Shown: positions 30,719 to 41,879, counted from the first letter of the stretch. The stretch: 64,000 nt of DNA from the human T2T-CHM13v2.0 reference genome, Homo sapiens (GCA_009914755.4 CP086569.2:19296001-19360000); one strand, 5' to 3'. The notes: a model not told the origin generated them from the sequence alone. Translations and numbers: made by a program.

Positions 30719-31139
30719 AAGAATTAAAATAAATTAAAGAATGTATAAGCAAAAACTCACTTGTATGTAAGAAGACTCAATTCCCCCTGAGAAACAGAAA
30801 GAGGTGGAGTACTTTAAGAATTAACTGCCTGTTTTTCTGTCTGGCTAGTGAGCCTTATTTCTCCCTTTCCCAGTCATTGTGAAGACCTGTTTCTCTAGCT
30901 GTGCAGCTGCAAGGTCACTAGACAGATAAACTCAAGTTGTAAAACATGTTTTTTCTTGAAAAGGAACAAATGGTGTAACACAAGTCTCAACTGAATAACT
31001 GTCTTTGTTTCTCACTTCTGTAATATGTTCCCCCACACAGATCTCCCCCAGCCTTATGAAATGCTTAAAAGGTAACTTGACTCCTTGTTTGGGGGCTCAG
31101 TCATTTTTGAATGTTAATCTGACTGGGCCAGTGCACCTA

Positions 31140-31175
<36 letters not shown>

Positions 31176-31233
31176 TAATAATAAATCCTTCTCAACCCCT
31201 TAGTCTCTCTGATTCCTAAATTATCCTGAAACA
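30719..31233 (+). mobile_element. Putative 5' LTR of the gammaretrovirus-like ERV
   Basis: Begins with TG ('tgtgacaagaatt...') exactly where L1 homology stops. It contains AATAAA just after an (AAT)n tract and ends in '...ctgaaaca', 4 nt before a PBS. Confidence 0.55.
31141..31185. repeat. (AAT)n microsatellite within the LTR
   Basis: 'aataataataat...' run. Confidence 0.95.
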
Positions 31234-31237
31234 TTTC

Positions 31238-31255
31238 TGGTGGCCCATACAGGGA
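31238..31255 (+). promoter_or_regulatory. Retroviral primer-binding site, tRNA-Ile type
   Basis: 'TGGTGGCCCATACAGGGA' against the complement of the tRNA-Ile 3' end, 'TGGTGGCCCGTACGGGGA': 16 of 18 match. Both mismatches are G to A changes at CpG positions. Confidence 0.6.
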
Positions 31256-31724
31256 TTGGAGATGACAGATTTACTGTCTCCTTTGCCTGTGGGACTAGAG
31301 CCCCAGGGCTGGGGGAGACCCAGCATGCAAGGTGCACCATGGAGGTGCTTCACCCAGACAGAGACCAGCTCTCCCTGCATCCTGGCAGCCTACCCAGTAG
31401 TGCAAAGAAACTGCAGAAAAAGCTGCAGGACAATACTAGCACTTCAGGAACTGTGGTAAGGAGAAACTGCCCAAGGCAGGAAAGCCCCTCCCATAGGGAG
31501 GAAATGGAGCTTGATCACCTCCCAGTGACTGACCACTAATCCAACCCAGAGTGGCTGGGTGTGGTAGGAGTGGCCTGCCAATTTGGATGAACCTCATATT
31601 CCCCTAACAGAGTAAAAGTGGTTCACTGGTGGAGAAAAAGGGCTGATAGAGAGGCAAGTGCAGCAAGGAAGAGTTTGCTGGCAGGGTGGCAAGAGTGGCT
31701 TGCAACCCCAACTGGGAGTGGGTG

Positions 31725-31895
31725 TGTGTGGACCTAACCGGGACACAAGAGAGGCTCATTTTGTCCCATGAGGAGTCCTAGGGTAGGAGTGGTGTGTGTA
31801 TGTGTGTGAATGTGGAAGCCTAATTAGTTTCACCTGGGACATGAGAGAGGCTCATTTCATCCAATGAGGAGTCCTTGGGTGGGGGAGGTGTGTAA
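31725..31895 (+). repeat. Two-copy tandem repeat of about 85-90 bp in the ERV leader
   Basis: 'cc(t)gggacacaagagaggctcatt..tcccatgaggagtcct.gggt.gg.g.ggtgtgt' occurs twice in succession. Confidence 0.7.
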
Positions 31896-32299
31896 AAGTG
31901 GGTGAAAGAAATGGTCTTGGAAGAGGCCAATGTGGGGAGTGACGTGGGGGAGGCACAGAGCCCTTAGTGTGGGCTGTGTTCTCTGAGGCAATTGTGGGGA
32001 AAATCAGAACCAGAACATTCTGTATGACTGATAGGACCAGCTCCATGGCTGCAGCAGGCTGTAAGAGGTGAAGGCATGTTCCTGGCTAAGCAGTGTCCAA
32101 AACTCCTGTAATAGGACCCGGTATGGTGAACCTGAGAGTAAAAGTAAAAGTGAAAGTGCACCACAAGGGAGAAAATGAAAGGAAAAGTGTATAAATGAAC
32201 TCCATTGGAGTGCACAATAAAGAATTTTCAAAAGGATTTAGAGGTGATTATAGCATAAAACTGGATGCTCAAAATTTAAGAACATACTGTGAGATAGCC

Positions 32300-33880
32300 T
32301 GGCCTGCTTTCAATGAGGGCTGGCCCTCTGAAGGTACAATAGACAGGGTATGAATTGACTGCATGTTTAAGGTGGTCACTGGAGTTGAAGGACAACCAGG
32401 ATACCCAGACCAGTTTCTGTATATACTCTTGGCTCAATGTGGCACAAACTCACCCCAAGTGGCTGCAGCCTTGCCTAGAGGGATATTGCAAGGCATTAGT
32501 GGCTCGAGCAGCCCAACCAAAGGAAGCAGAGGAAACTAAAGCCCCTAGCATCTCCCTGGAAAGGGAATCCTTGAAGCCTTAGCCAAAACCAGTTCTTCAG
32601 GTTCCACCTGATGAAAGGGAATGTCTGCCCCATATGTGCCAGTCTACTCATCTTTGGTCAGAATAAAGCAGGAGGCAGAGTCAGGATCATCCGGAGAGTC
32701 AGGCTCAGAGAAAAGTGAGGCTCAGTGTCCCCACACCCAGAGGAACAGAAACCCCTGTTAGAGAAAAACAACCAAAAAATGGACTGGGTGAGGCAGCTGG
32801 GCATCTCCACTCAGGCCGACCCTGGGATTTGCAGATGCCACTTTGAGAAACCAGGACACAAGTTTATGATGACCAGAGGCAGATACAAGGTGGCCCTAGG
32901 CTTTATGTTTATCAGCCTTTCTCCACTACTGATCTCTTAAATTGGAAACAGCCCACCCCCTCCTATACAGAAAAGTCTCAGGCTCTTATTGATTTGGTAA
33001 ATTCTGTTATTAACACGCATAACCTGACCTGGCCAGATTGTGAATAACTTTTGCTAACTTCATTTAATACAGAGGAGCATAAAAGAGTTAATCCGGCAGC
33101 TCTGATCTGTTTAGAAGGGGAGCCCCAGAGACCACCCCTAACCCTCACCAGTTCACCGTGGAGTGATACCCAAATGAGAACCCTAACTGGGAACCAAATG
33201 AGGCAAGGAACATGGAATGGCTGCCGCTATATAGAAAGGCACTCCTAAATGGGATAAAGCAGGAGAAAGGAAGGAAATAAATACAAGTAAAATATCAGAA
33301 GTGAGCCAAAATTCTGAGAAAAGCCCAAGTGCATTCCATAAAAGGCTTTGGGAGGCATATAGACTGTACACTCCAGTTATTCTGGAGGCTCCTAAAAACC
33401 AAATTATGATAAATATGACCTTTATCGGGCAAGCTCAGGGAGTCATAAATCAAAAGTTTCAGAAGCTGGAAAGCTTTGCAGGAAAAAATATTAGTAAACT
33501 CCTGAAAACAGCAAACAAAATATATGTAAACCAGAAAGAAGAGGCAGAAAGAAAGAAAAAATAAATAAAAATAAAAACCAAAAGACAGCTCAATTTATAG
33601 CTACTGCACTAACAGAAATTAACCCTGGATTTGCTAGAGGGTATAGCTGAGGCAGAGGCCAAGGAAGAGGGCAGACAAGACCGGGAGAGGAAAGCCAGTC
33701 CCGGTTGGACAGGAACCAATGTGCAAGATACAGGCAAATGGGCCACTGGAAAAATGAGTGCCCCGATTAAAAAAAAAAAAATGAAGATGACGGTCAATTG
33801 TCTAACACCCGAGTGCAACTTTCGGTTGCTAGTCGTGGTGCTTCAAAGGCAGATCTTGATCTGATCAGCTTAGTGGGGGC
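32300..33880 (+). pseudogene. gag: gag remnant (capsid/nucleocapsid), frameshifted
   Basis: ORF 33301-33564 '...SPSAFHKRLWEAYRLYTPVILEAPKNQIMINMTFIGQAQGVINQKFQKLESFAGKNISKLLKTANKIYVNQKEEAERKKK' aligns to the MLV capsid C-terminus (SPSAFLERLKEAYRRYTP...). The following frame carries a decayed CCHC-like region. Confidence 0.75.
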
Positions 33881-33899
33881 CAAAAATTTAGAAGACTAA

Positions 33900-34250
33900 G
33901 ACAGACCAGGCTTCATCCTTTTAGGCCCCAGGGAGCCTATATTCTCCATGGAAGTACAGGGCCGATTAATGAATTTTTTGGTCAATACTGGTGCTGATTT
34001 CTCTGTGGTAACTCATCCAATTAACTGCCCCACAAAAAACTGTCCTACTGTCATACGGGCTACTGGGGCCAAAGACAGGAGACCTCTCTACAAATTCAAG
34101 AGATGTGTTATTGGGGGACAAGAATTCAGCATGACTTTCTATACATGCCAAAATGTCCAGTGCCCTTATTGGAAAGAGACTTCCTCCAGAAACTGCAGGC
34201 ACAGGTTTCCTTTACACCTAAAGGGGATATGACCCTGGAGATAGGGAAGC
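33900..34250 (+). pseudogene. pro: Retroviral aspartic protease remnant
   Basis: 'LVNTGADFSVV' is the D(T/S)GA active-site region (D changed to N). 'LLERDFLQKLQAQV' is the LLGRD-type C-terminal motif. Confidence 0.75.
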
Positions 34251-36430
34251 CAAAGGCAATGGTATTGACTCTAACTGTCCCAAAAACTGAGGAATGGCGG
34301 CTCTATAAACTGTGTACCAGGAGGCTGCCAGAGCCTGACCTACACAATACGTGGGGAATGCTTTTCGAGGTACCAGGTGTATGCGCTGAGGACAACCCCC
34401 CTGGACTTGTTGCAAACAGACCCCCAGTGATAATAAAGCTTAAATCTCATGCTGCCCCGGTACTAGTCCGTCAACACCCCCCACCCAGAGAGGCAATTGA
34501 TGACATAACGAAACATTTAAATCGGCCCTATAAACATGGGATTATAATAAAATGAAAGTCTTCCTGGAATACTCCTCTGTTGTCTGTGCGCAAGCCAAAT
34601 GGTGAATACAGGCCACTGCAGGACCTCCAGGAGGTAAACAAGGCCACTGTCACTATCCATGCCATAGTACCCAACCCATACACAATGCTGGGACAGATTC
34701 CTGCTGACGCCGCCTGGTTCACGTGTCTGGACTTAAGGCATGCTTTCTTTTGCTTGAGACTTGCTCCCCAAAATCAGCCTATATTTGCCTTCTAGTGGAG
34801 ACAATCGCAGTATACCTGGACAAGGCTGCCGCAAGGGTTTAAGAATTCTCCCACTATTTTCGACGAGGCTTTGGCTTCCGACCTTGAGGCTTTTGCGCCA
34901 CCTAGTGACAATTGTGTGCTATTACAACACATTGATGATTTGCTCTTCGCTGCCCCCACGAGGGAGAAATACCTCTAAGGAACAGAGAGCCTTCTTCACC
35001 TGCTTTGTGAAGCTGGTTACTAAGTGTCCAAGGACAAGGCAAAAGTCTGATTTTGGAGGTTGAATATCTAGAATTCATGGTATCCCAAGGCCAGCGCAGA
35101 CTTAAAAGTGCATGCAAGGAGGCTGTGCGTGCATTGCCCACCCCAGTTACAAGGCAGCAGCTCAGGAAATTTCTAGGTGTAGCGGGATTCTGCCGAACCT
35201 GGATTCCAAACTTCTCCCTTACAGCAAGGCCCTTATATGAGACTACCAAAGAAAAAGAAAAAGAGGGCCCCTCCTATGGAAAAAGAAACAAGAAAGGGCC
35301 TTGAAAGGTATAAAGGAAGCTCTCATCCAAACTCCGGTGCTAGGGTTGCCAGATGTAAAAAAGCCCTTCCTTTTGTATGTGGATAAACAAAAGGGAATGA
35401 CAGTCGGACTCTTAGCTCAATTGTTGGGTTCTTGGCATCAGCTGGTAGCATACTTACCCAAAAGACTGGACTTGGTGGCCTTAGGTTGGCCCCACTGCTT
35501 CAGGGCGTTGGCAGCTACTGCAATCCTTATAGAAGATGCCAACAAGCTAGCCCTAGGTCAAAAGTTAATAGTTCAGGACTCACATGCTGTAATCACCTTA
35601 ATGGAGCAAAGAGGACATCATTGACTGTCCAATTCTAAAATGCTAAAGTATCAAGGGCTTCTGTATGAAAATACCCAGATAACACTAGAGACTGTAAATA
35701 CCTTAAATCCAGCTACCCTGCTGCCTGTGGAGAAACGGGATTGAAAGGACAGTGGGTTGCCTCACTGCTGGCAGGAACTTCCCCACTGTTGCATAAATAC
35801 GGTGGACAAAGTCTTCTAGAGCCAGGAAGATCTCAGATATATCCCCTTGGAGAGCTCAGATGTTAAATACTTCACTGATGGTAGCAGTTTCATAAGAGAT
35901 GGGGTACAATATGCAGGGTATACAGTACTGATCCAACACTCGGTGGTCCAGGCTCAGGCCTTACCTTCTGGGACTTCTGCTCAGAAGGCTAAATTAATAG
36001 CATTAACCAGAGCACCATTATTGGCCAAGAAAAAAAGTAAACATATATACTGAAAAAAAAAGAAACATATATACTGATTCAAGATATACTTTTACAATCC
36101 TGCACACCCATGGGGCAGTATACAAAGATAGAGGAGTTTTGACTACTAAAGGCCAAAGAAAAAAATTTACAATTATTAAAAGCCATATAGGCTCCAGAGA
36201 AAGTGGCTGTCATTCATTGCAAAGGACACCAAATTGGGAAAAGCTGAGACACAGGGCAATAGAAAGGCAGACCGAGAGGCTAGGCAGGCAGCAATGATCA
36301 AGGCTTTACCTGAAGAAAAAACTTTAGCAATTCCTCTCCTTATAGAGCCCCCTTGGCTGGAGCTACCCAATTACTCTTCAGTAAAAAACTTGGTTTTGTC
36401 AGAAAAACAATATATATATATATATATATT
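34250..36430 (+). pseudogene. pol: pol remnant: reverse transcriptase and RNase H. Integrase is deleted except for its C-terminal tail.
   Basis: 'NGEYRPLQDLQEVNKATVTIHAIVPNPYTMLGQIPADAAWFTCLDLRHAFFCLRLAPQNQPIFAF' matches MLV RT closely. 'LGLPDVKKPFLLYVDKQKGMTVGLLAQLLGSWHQLVAYLPKRLDLVALGWPHCFRALAATAILIEDA' is the connection region. 'YFTDGSSF...LPSGTSAQKAKLIALTRA' and 'GNRKADREARQAA' are RNase H. Split over at least 4 frames. Confidence 0.9.
36409..36429. repeat. (TA)n microsatellite at the integrase deletion point
   Basis: 'tatatatatatatatatatat'. The flanking coding sequence jumps from just after RNase H ('LIEPPWLELPNYSS') to the integrase C-terminal 'LKVDGG' motif. Confidence 0.9.
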
Positions 36431-36533
36431 AAAGGTGGATGGTGGCTGTTGTCTGACAGCAGGCTAGCCATCCTGGAAGTTGAGTAGTCCACACACGGCC
36501 AAAGCTAAGAGGGCCATCTCTGAATAAGTAAAT

Positions 36534-38880
36534 ATGAACACAATTTATAACCCTCATTATAATTATGTTAATACTGATTTTTCTGTTGCTTTGTTATTAC
36601 TGCAAATGCTGCAAATGTCTATGCCCAGAGGAAGGTTTCCCATGCCCACGTGTAGTGTAAGCATGTTTCTAATACATACACTGATGTTGCTATCATTTCT
36701 GCCTATGCTAGAAGGGGAAAAATCTTTAGAGGGATGCCCACACTGTGTACACACTACCTCGGTAAAAAATACCATAGTTAAAACTCTACTGTACCATACC
36801 TACTATGAATGTACAGAAACCAAGTTAGGGACATGCACATACAACCAGACCACCTGTTCAGTCTATGACTGAGGAAATAATCAGCTGTATGTATCTTATG
36901 ACCCTGAGCCCTTACCCTGTGAATTCTGGTTTGAGGTACATATTAAATCAGAAAAGAAAAAAAAACTTATAGCTCAAACAAAAGAAACCTCACCCTCCTA
37001 TAAGGGGCCTATTTCCTTGTACTTTAATTCCTGCCATGCTGCATATGTTCCTAATCCTAAAAAAAACAGAAGCTGTCTGCAATGGTTTAACACAAAAGAG
37101 GCTTAGCAGAAGCAGACCTAAACATCTGTATGAAAAAACACAAATCGGATGCCCAGACTGTAATATTCAGTGTTCTATGCTAACACAGCTCCAACACTTA
37201 TATTCAGGAAGGACTCTTCTGCTAAGTAGTATGCCAACCAAACCAAATTCTAAGACAAGGACATGTACTCCTTTAAATTTTACTTTCCTAAAGCCAGAGC
37301 TATCTTTTTGGTCTACAGGACAGATGACACTATTATGGGTTAATAGACAAGGAGCAGACCTTGGAGTTCTACTACTAATTGCCAAAAAGAATAGAAGGAC
37401 TCAAATGCATCCAACCCTGAAATTCCGGGTTTATAAGTCATTCTGTAAGCATTTTGATCAGTCAGTGACTGAGTTTCCTTCATCAACCAAAAACTTATTT
37501 ACTCAACTAAGTAAAAACATAGCTGGCAGCTTAGGAATTTCCTCATGCTACGCATGTCAAAAAACTGATATGGGGGACCAGTTGCTATGGGAGGCTAAGA
37601 AATTGATGCCACAAGTAACTTCACTTCACCTAACCATGCCAGTGAACCCACAGCCTTAGCCAGTGTTTGGTTGTTAAAAACCTCCATAATTGGAAAGTAC
37701 TGTATCGCCTAATGGGGAAAGGCTTTTCACAGAGGCAGCAGGAAAAACAACCTGCCTAGGACAACAGTATTATGATAAGACTAAAAACAGAACTCTAGGG
37801 AGAAATGCCCAGAACGACTCCTACTTACCAGATCCAAATGCTTTCTCTTGATTCTCTACCCTAAGCCACTCTTGGCATCAGCTAAAGACTCCAAATGCTT
37901 GGAAAGCACCCTCTGGCCTATATTGGGTCTGTGGAGCATGGGCATATCGGCAACTGCTGGCTAAATGGACAGGGGCATGTGTGTTAGAAACAATCAAGCC
38001 ATCCCTCTTTTTAATTCCTCTAAAGCAAGGGGAACTCTTAGGGTATCCAGTTTATAGTAAAAGTTAAAGAAACTAAAAAAATACATAATCACAAAACTAA
38101 ACACAAATGTGAAAAAGTGTAAACACAGAAGACTACAAAGATAATAAATGGCCTCCTGAAAAAATCATTAAATATTATGGGCCAGCTACTTGGGTGCAAG
38201 ATGGGTCATGGGGGTATCGTACCAAAATCTATATGCTCAACCACATCATAAGGTTACAGGCAGTCCTAGAAATTATAACCAATGAAACGTCAAGGGCACT
38301 AAATTTATTGACAATACAAGCAACACAAAAAAATGCTATATATCAAAATAAATTAGCTTATCTCTTAGCCTCAAAGAAAGTATGTAAACATTTAATTTAA
38401 CCAACTGTTGCCTAGAAATTGATAATAATGGCCAAGCTGTCATAAAATCCACAGCTAAAATGCACAAGTTGGCCCATGTTCCAGTTCGGACTTTGTCCAG
38501 ATGGTTCCCGGATTCCTTGTTTGGAAAATGGTTCTCAACCTTTGGGGAATTCAAAACCCTCATTGGTGGGTTTTTGTTTATTCTTGGCATCTGCCTCATC
38601 CTCCCTTGCCTTTTAACTCTGTATATTAGGAACATTCAGTCAACTGTAGAGGCAGTAGTAACCCAACACAGTACCACACAGTTGATGGCATTAACCAAAT
38701 ATCAGCTGCTGCCAGTAAAACTATCTTCAGTCTGCACTTTTCTCCAGTGCATTCTGAAACACTGGAATTTCTTTACCTTCGAGGCTCTGAGAAAAAAATA
38801 TGGCTTATATTATACTGCACAAAGGCATGGAAATTACACTAGCTCTAAGACAAAAAGATGTGGCCTTCTGAGATAAAAGT
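36534..38880 (+). pseudogene. env: env remnant (SU and TM)
   Basis: ORFs 36534-36872 and 37036-37659 are SU-like. ORF 38194-38400 has a decayed immunosuppressive/CX6C region ('[19 protein letters not shown]'). ORF 38460-38876 has a membrane-spanning stretch ('[28 protein letters not shown]') and a cytoplasmic tail. Interrupted by stops. Confidence 0.75.
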
Positions 38881-39833
38881 TTATTTTAATAGTATATAAT
38901 TATCAGGTCTCTTTTTCAGATGAAAGAGCCATTAGTATGAGTTTCTGATGGACAAGCTTTCTTTACCTTAGGCGATAACCCAGACCTTTGTAAGCATTGT
39001 AAAATATTTTCTGGCCTTTTGGCAGTCTTGTCAAGCAAGGTTACAGAAGATAATTTCCCAAAATCAGAGAGACAAACCCCTAGGTAGCCCTTAAATGCAA
39101 CTTTTAAACACCCTACCTGCCCCTCTTTTAAGGGCTTTCCAATATTCCTATCATGAGTTTCTCTCCCTGTGCCACCCAATAAACCCCCACCTTCACTGTA
39201 GGCCCTGCAGAAAATGCCAGATGGTACTACTAAACTTCAGGTTTCCTTTTTATTGCAGGATTAAAAATAAATAAATATACATCTAGTCAAGTTATCTGAT
39301 TACTCTGATAGATATATAGAGACATTCTGAAATCTAACAGAGGTGTTTCATTTTATGCAGAAAGATGCCACATTACTCCTAAACCCAATTCTATATTTGG
39401 CAGAAAATTTGGCAGCTTTTCAGGCAACAGAAAGATTTGAAGATGAACAGGGTATTTACTACAGCCAGTCTAAAAGTATACAGGGAAAAATCTAGAACAA
39501 TGGAGGGTGAAAGACAAAAGTAAGGTAAACAGCAGAATCTTTATTCCCAACAGGAAGAAAGACATTCCTCTTTGAAAACTTAGTTGGAATACATACACGC
39601 AATTTAAATGATTAAGTAGTGTGAGAACAAGTGTAAAGTTTCAGCAAATGTTTAGTATATAAAGAAGAGACAATTTTGCCAGCAAATTGCTACATGATTT
39701 CAGAGCTACTAATGCACAGATTAAATCAATGTGTGCATTACAACAAGGTCTGCAATTCCTGGCAGCCATTCCAAGGGACTGGTCTCTCATAGGAGTAGAT
39801 CTTTAAAATTCTTTTCTTACTATACCCTTACAT

Positions 39834-40010
39834 GTGAAGGATAAGCCTTCATTTGCCTTCTCTGTGCCTTCTATCAAACAAAAACAGCTTGTTTCTCATT
39901 ACCAGTGGAAAGTTTTACACAAAAACATGCTCATCAATCCTATGTTATATCAACATTTTGTAGGACATTATGCCATGAGAATCCGACCTCATGGCATAAA
40001 CTTCACTGAC
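39834..40010 (+). pseudogene. Betaretrovirus-like (class II, HERV-K-type) RT fragment
   Basis: 'FAFSVPSIKQKQLVSHYQWKVLHKNMLINPMLYQHFVGHYAMRIRP' against HERV-K/MMTV RT 'FAFTIP(A/S)(I/V)N.KEP..R(F/Y)QWKVLPQGM.NSPT.CQ.(F/Y)V'. This is a different RT lineage from the pol at 34-36 kb. Confidence 0.55.
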
Positions 40011-41227
40011 ACTGGTGAAGAAACTTTAGCATCTCTTCACTACATCTCACTGGGATTCAATCCCAATGTGCAGCAGACCTTGCTTGGAACAGGCTTTAGA
40101 CCACCTTTCCTCAATGACATTATCAAGGAAGACAGTTCCAGTTCAGGAGTTGATAGGGAAGGCAGCACTCCCCTTTATGGATGGCAGCTTTTGTGTCGGA
40201 ACACTATTTAATTATAGTAATTCTGCTCAACACAGTTTTAATGTTACTTTTGTAGAAAATATTACCACTCAATTTGCAATTTGTGTTTTTAAACCTTACA
40301 TTTTTTTAGCAGCAAAAAAAAAATTAAGGTAAACGATGCCCATTTGACTTGTGATTCCTTTCAACCGTATAATTCCCTTAATTGTAGCACAATAAAAACA
40401 TGCAGCATATCCACCCTAATAATTCTAGGTTGCAACCCCCAATTACGGATTCTTGTAAATCTGTCTGAGTCTTCCGTGGCCACCTCTGGTTTACATTTTG
40501 TAAATCTTTTTCTTACTCAGCTTACTCATAGTGCTTGTAGAACCTTAGGCATGATAATTTTTGTGAAAGTCTCCTTAGGTACATTAATCACTTCTGTTGT
40601 GGTGTCCTTAGTAGCAATGCACAGCTCCATTCAAACAGCTAAATATGAAGAAAATAGGATGTGTGCAGCCAACCAGGCATGGATGCTTAAAAATAAATGA
40701 AACACGGAGATACAAATGGAGGTAGCAATGTTAAAGACTATAGTTCTGTGGCTAGGAAAACAAGTACAAAGTTTGTAGTTGCAGCAGCAATTGCATTCTC
40801 ATTTTAACTATACTTGTATTTGTTTAACCAATTTGGAATAAAACTAACGTGAATATCAATGAAACCTTGTAAAGTCCCATTTGCAGGGGGCTTTCACATC
40901 AAATGTTACTTTTGATATGAATGATTTACAAAGTAAAATCCTTAATTTGAATAAACATTCAAGTATTTCAGCCCTCTTTAAAAACTTGGGTGGTATTCCA
41001 GCAGGGTTTAGAGAGCCTTAAGCTTTGGATCTCCTCCAAACAGCACCTCAATGTCTTTTCTGTGATTATCAGAGTGATATTATTGTGTCTCCATTTTATG
41101 TCTATTGTCTGTAAAATCAGCTGGACCACCAAATAGCAATTGAGAGCTGCACAGTCTGCAATTACCTTTACTCAACTAATTCAAAAACAAAAAGGAGGAG
41201 ACGTTGGAGGTCAAAAGAATGAGGGTT

Positions 41228-41630
41228 GTGACCAATTCAGTAATGACTGGAGAGTCTATGAGCAGACAGCAAACTCTTCTCATGAAAGCAGGATGTTGGC
41301 AAACTGATACACCACCTCTGGTGCCAGAAGGAATGCTGAGGGCAGTCATGCCCCAAGCACAGCTTTCCTTGTGGTTTTATATACAGGAACAACTGAAGCC
41401 TGTAGTATAAAGCAAGCAAGTACGTGAGATTGCGATAAATCGAGCAGCTGACCAATAATTACCTTTCCTCCCTATTGATTCTGCCTAGTCAATACGAAGT
41501 CCTGTAGAAGCTCAGGACCTTTGCTCCCTGGAAGGAATAAGCCCCCTGACTCTTCTTTTAAAACAGAACTTTTTTGTCTTTGTCTTCATTTCTGCATTCA
41601 CTCCCCTTCATTTCATCCTATAGTAACTGA
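41228..41630 (+). mobile_element. Candidate 3' LTR of the ERV (weak)
   Basis: A purine tract 'aaaaacaaaaaggaggagacg' lies at 41192. The next segment starts 'tgtgaccaattc...' (compare the 5' LTR 'tgtgacaagaatt...') and ends '...ctgactgccaca' (compare 5' '...atcctgaaaca'). Internal similarity to the 5' LTR is only patchy. Confidence 0.4.
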
Positions 41631-41650
41631 CTGCCACATTGTCGCTATTA

Positions 41651-41840
41651 AAATCCAAAAAAAAAAAAAAAAAAAAAATAGATGGGCTTGTTGGAAGGCA
41701 TATGTAATTCAATTACTCAGGAGGCTGAGACAGAAGAATCCCTTACACCCGGGAGACAGATGTTGCATTGGGCCAAAATCATGCCTTTCCACCCCAGCCT
41801 GGGTGACAGAGTGAGGCTCCATCTCAAAAAAAGCAAAAAA
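41651..41840 (+). mobile_element. Alu right monomer (5'-truncated Alu or FRAM-like)
   Basis: A21 run followed by 'tagatgggcttgttggaaggc...tcaggaggctgagacagaagaatccc...ccagcctgggtgacagagtgaggctccatctcaaaaaaa'. Confidence 0.8.
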
Positions 41841-41879
41841 CAAAAAAGTAAAAAAGGAACAAAACAAAACAAAAAATAT

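Larger units (their letters stand above)
30719..41650 (+). mobile_element. Gammaretrovirus-like (class I) endogenous retrovirus provirus, HERV-I/HERV-IP-like, defective
   Basis: The order LTR, PBS, leader, gag, pro, pol, env is present on the plus strand. All genes are broken by frameshifts or stops and integrase is mostly deleted. The 3' boundary is uncertain. Confidence 0.7.

Noticed and set aside
37036-37659. 207-aa ORF, the longest clean ORF in the window, considered as a possibly intact captured env gene
   Set aside because: It is only the SU-like middle of a retroviral env. The N-terminal and signal region and the TM region lie in other frames (36534-36872, 38194-38400, 38460-38876), separated by stops, so env is not intact.
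41640-41672. An A21 run directly after the 3' LTR's 'attaaa', considered as evidence that the whole ERV is a polyadenylated, L1-mediated processed copy
   Set aside because: Both LTR candidates begin with the same U3-like start ('tgtgac...'), so the 5' copy is not R-U5 only. The A-run is also continuous with an Alu right-monomer linker. A truncated Alu insertion abutting the LTR end is the simpler reading.
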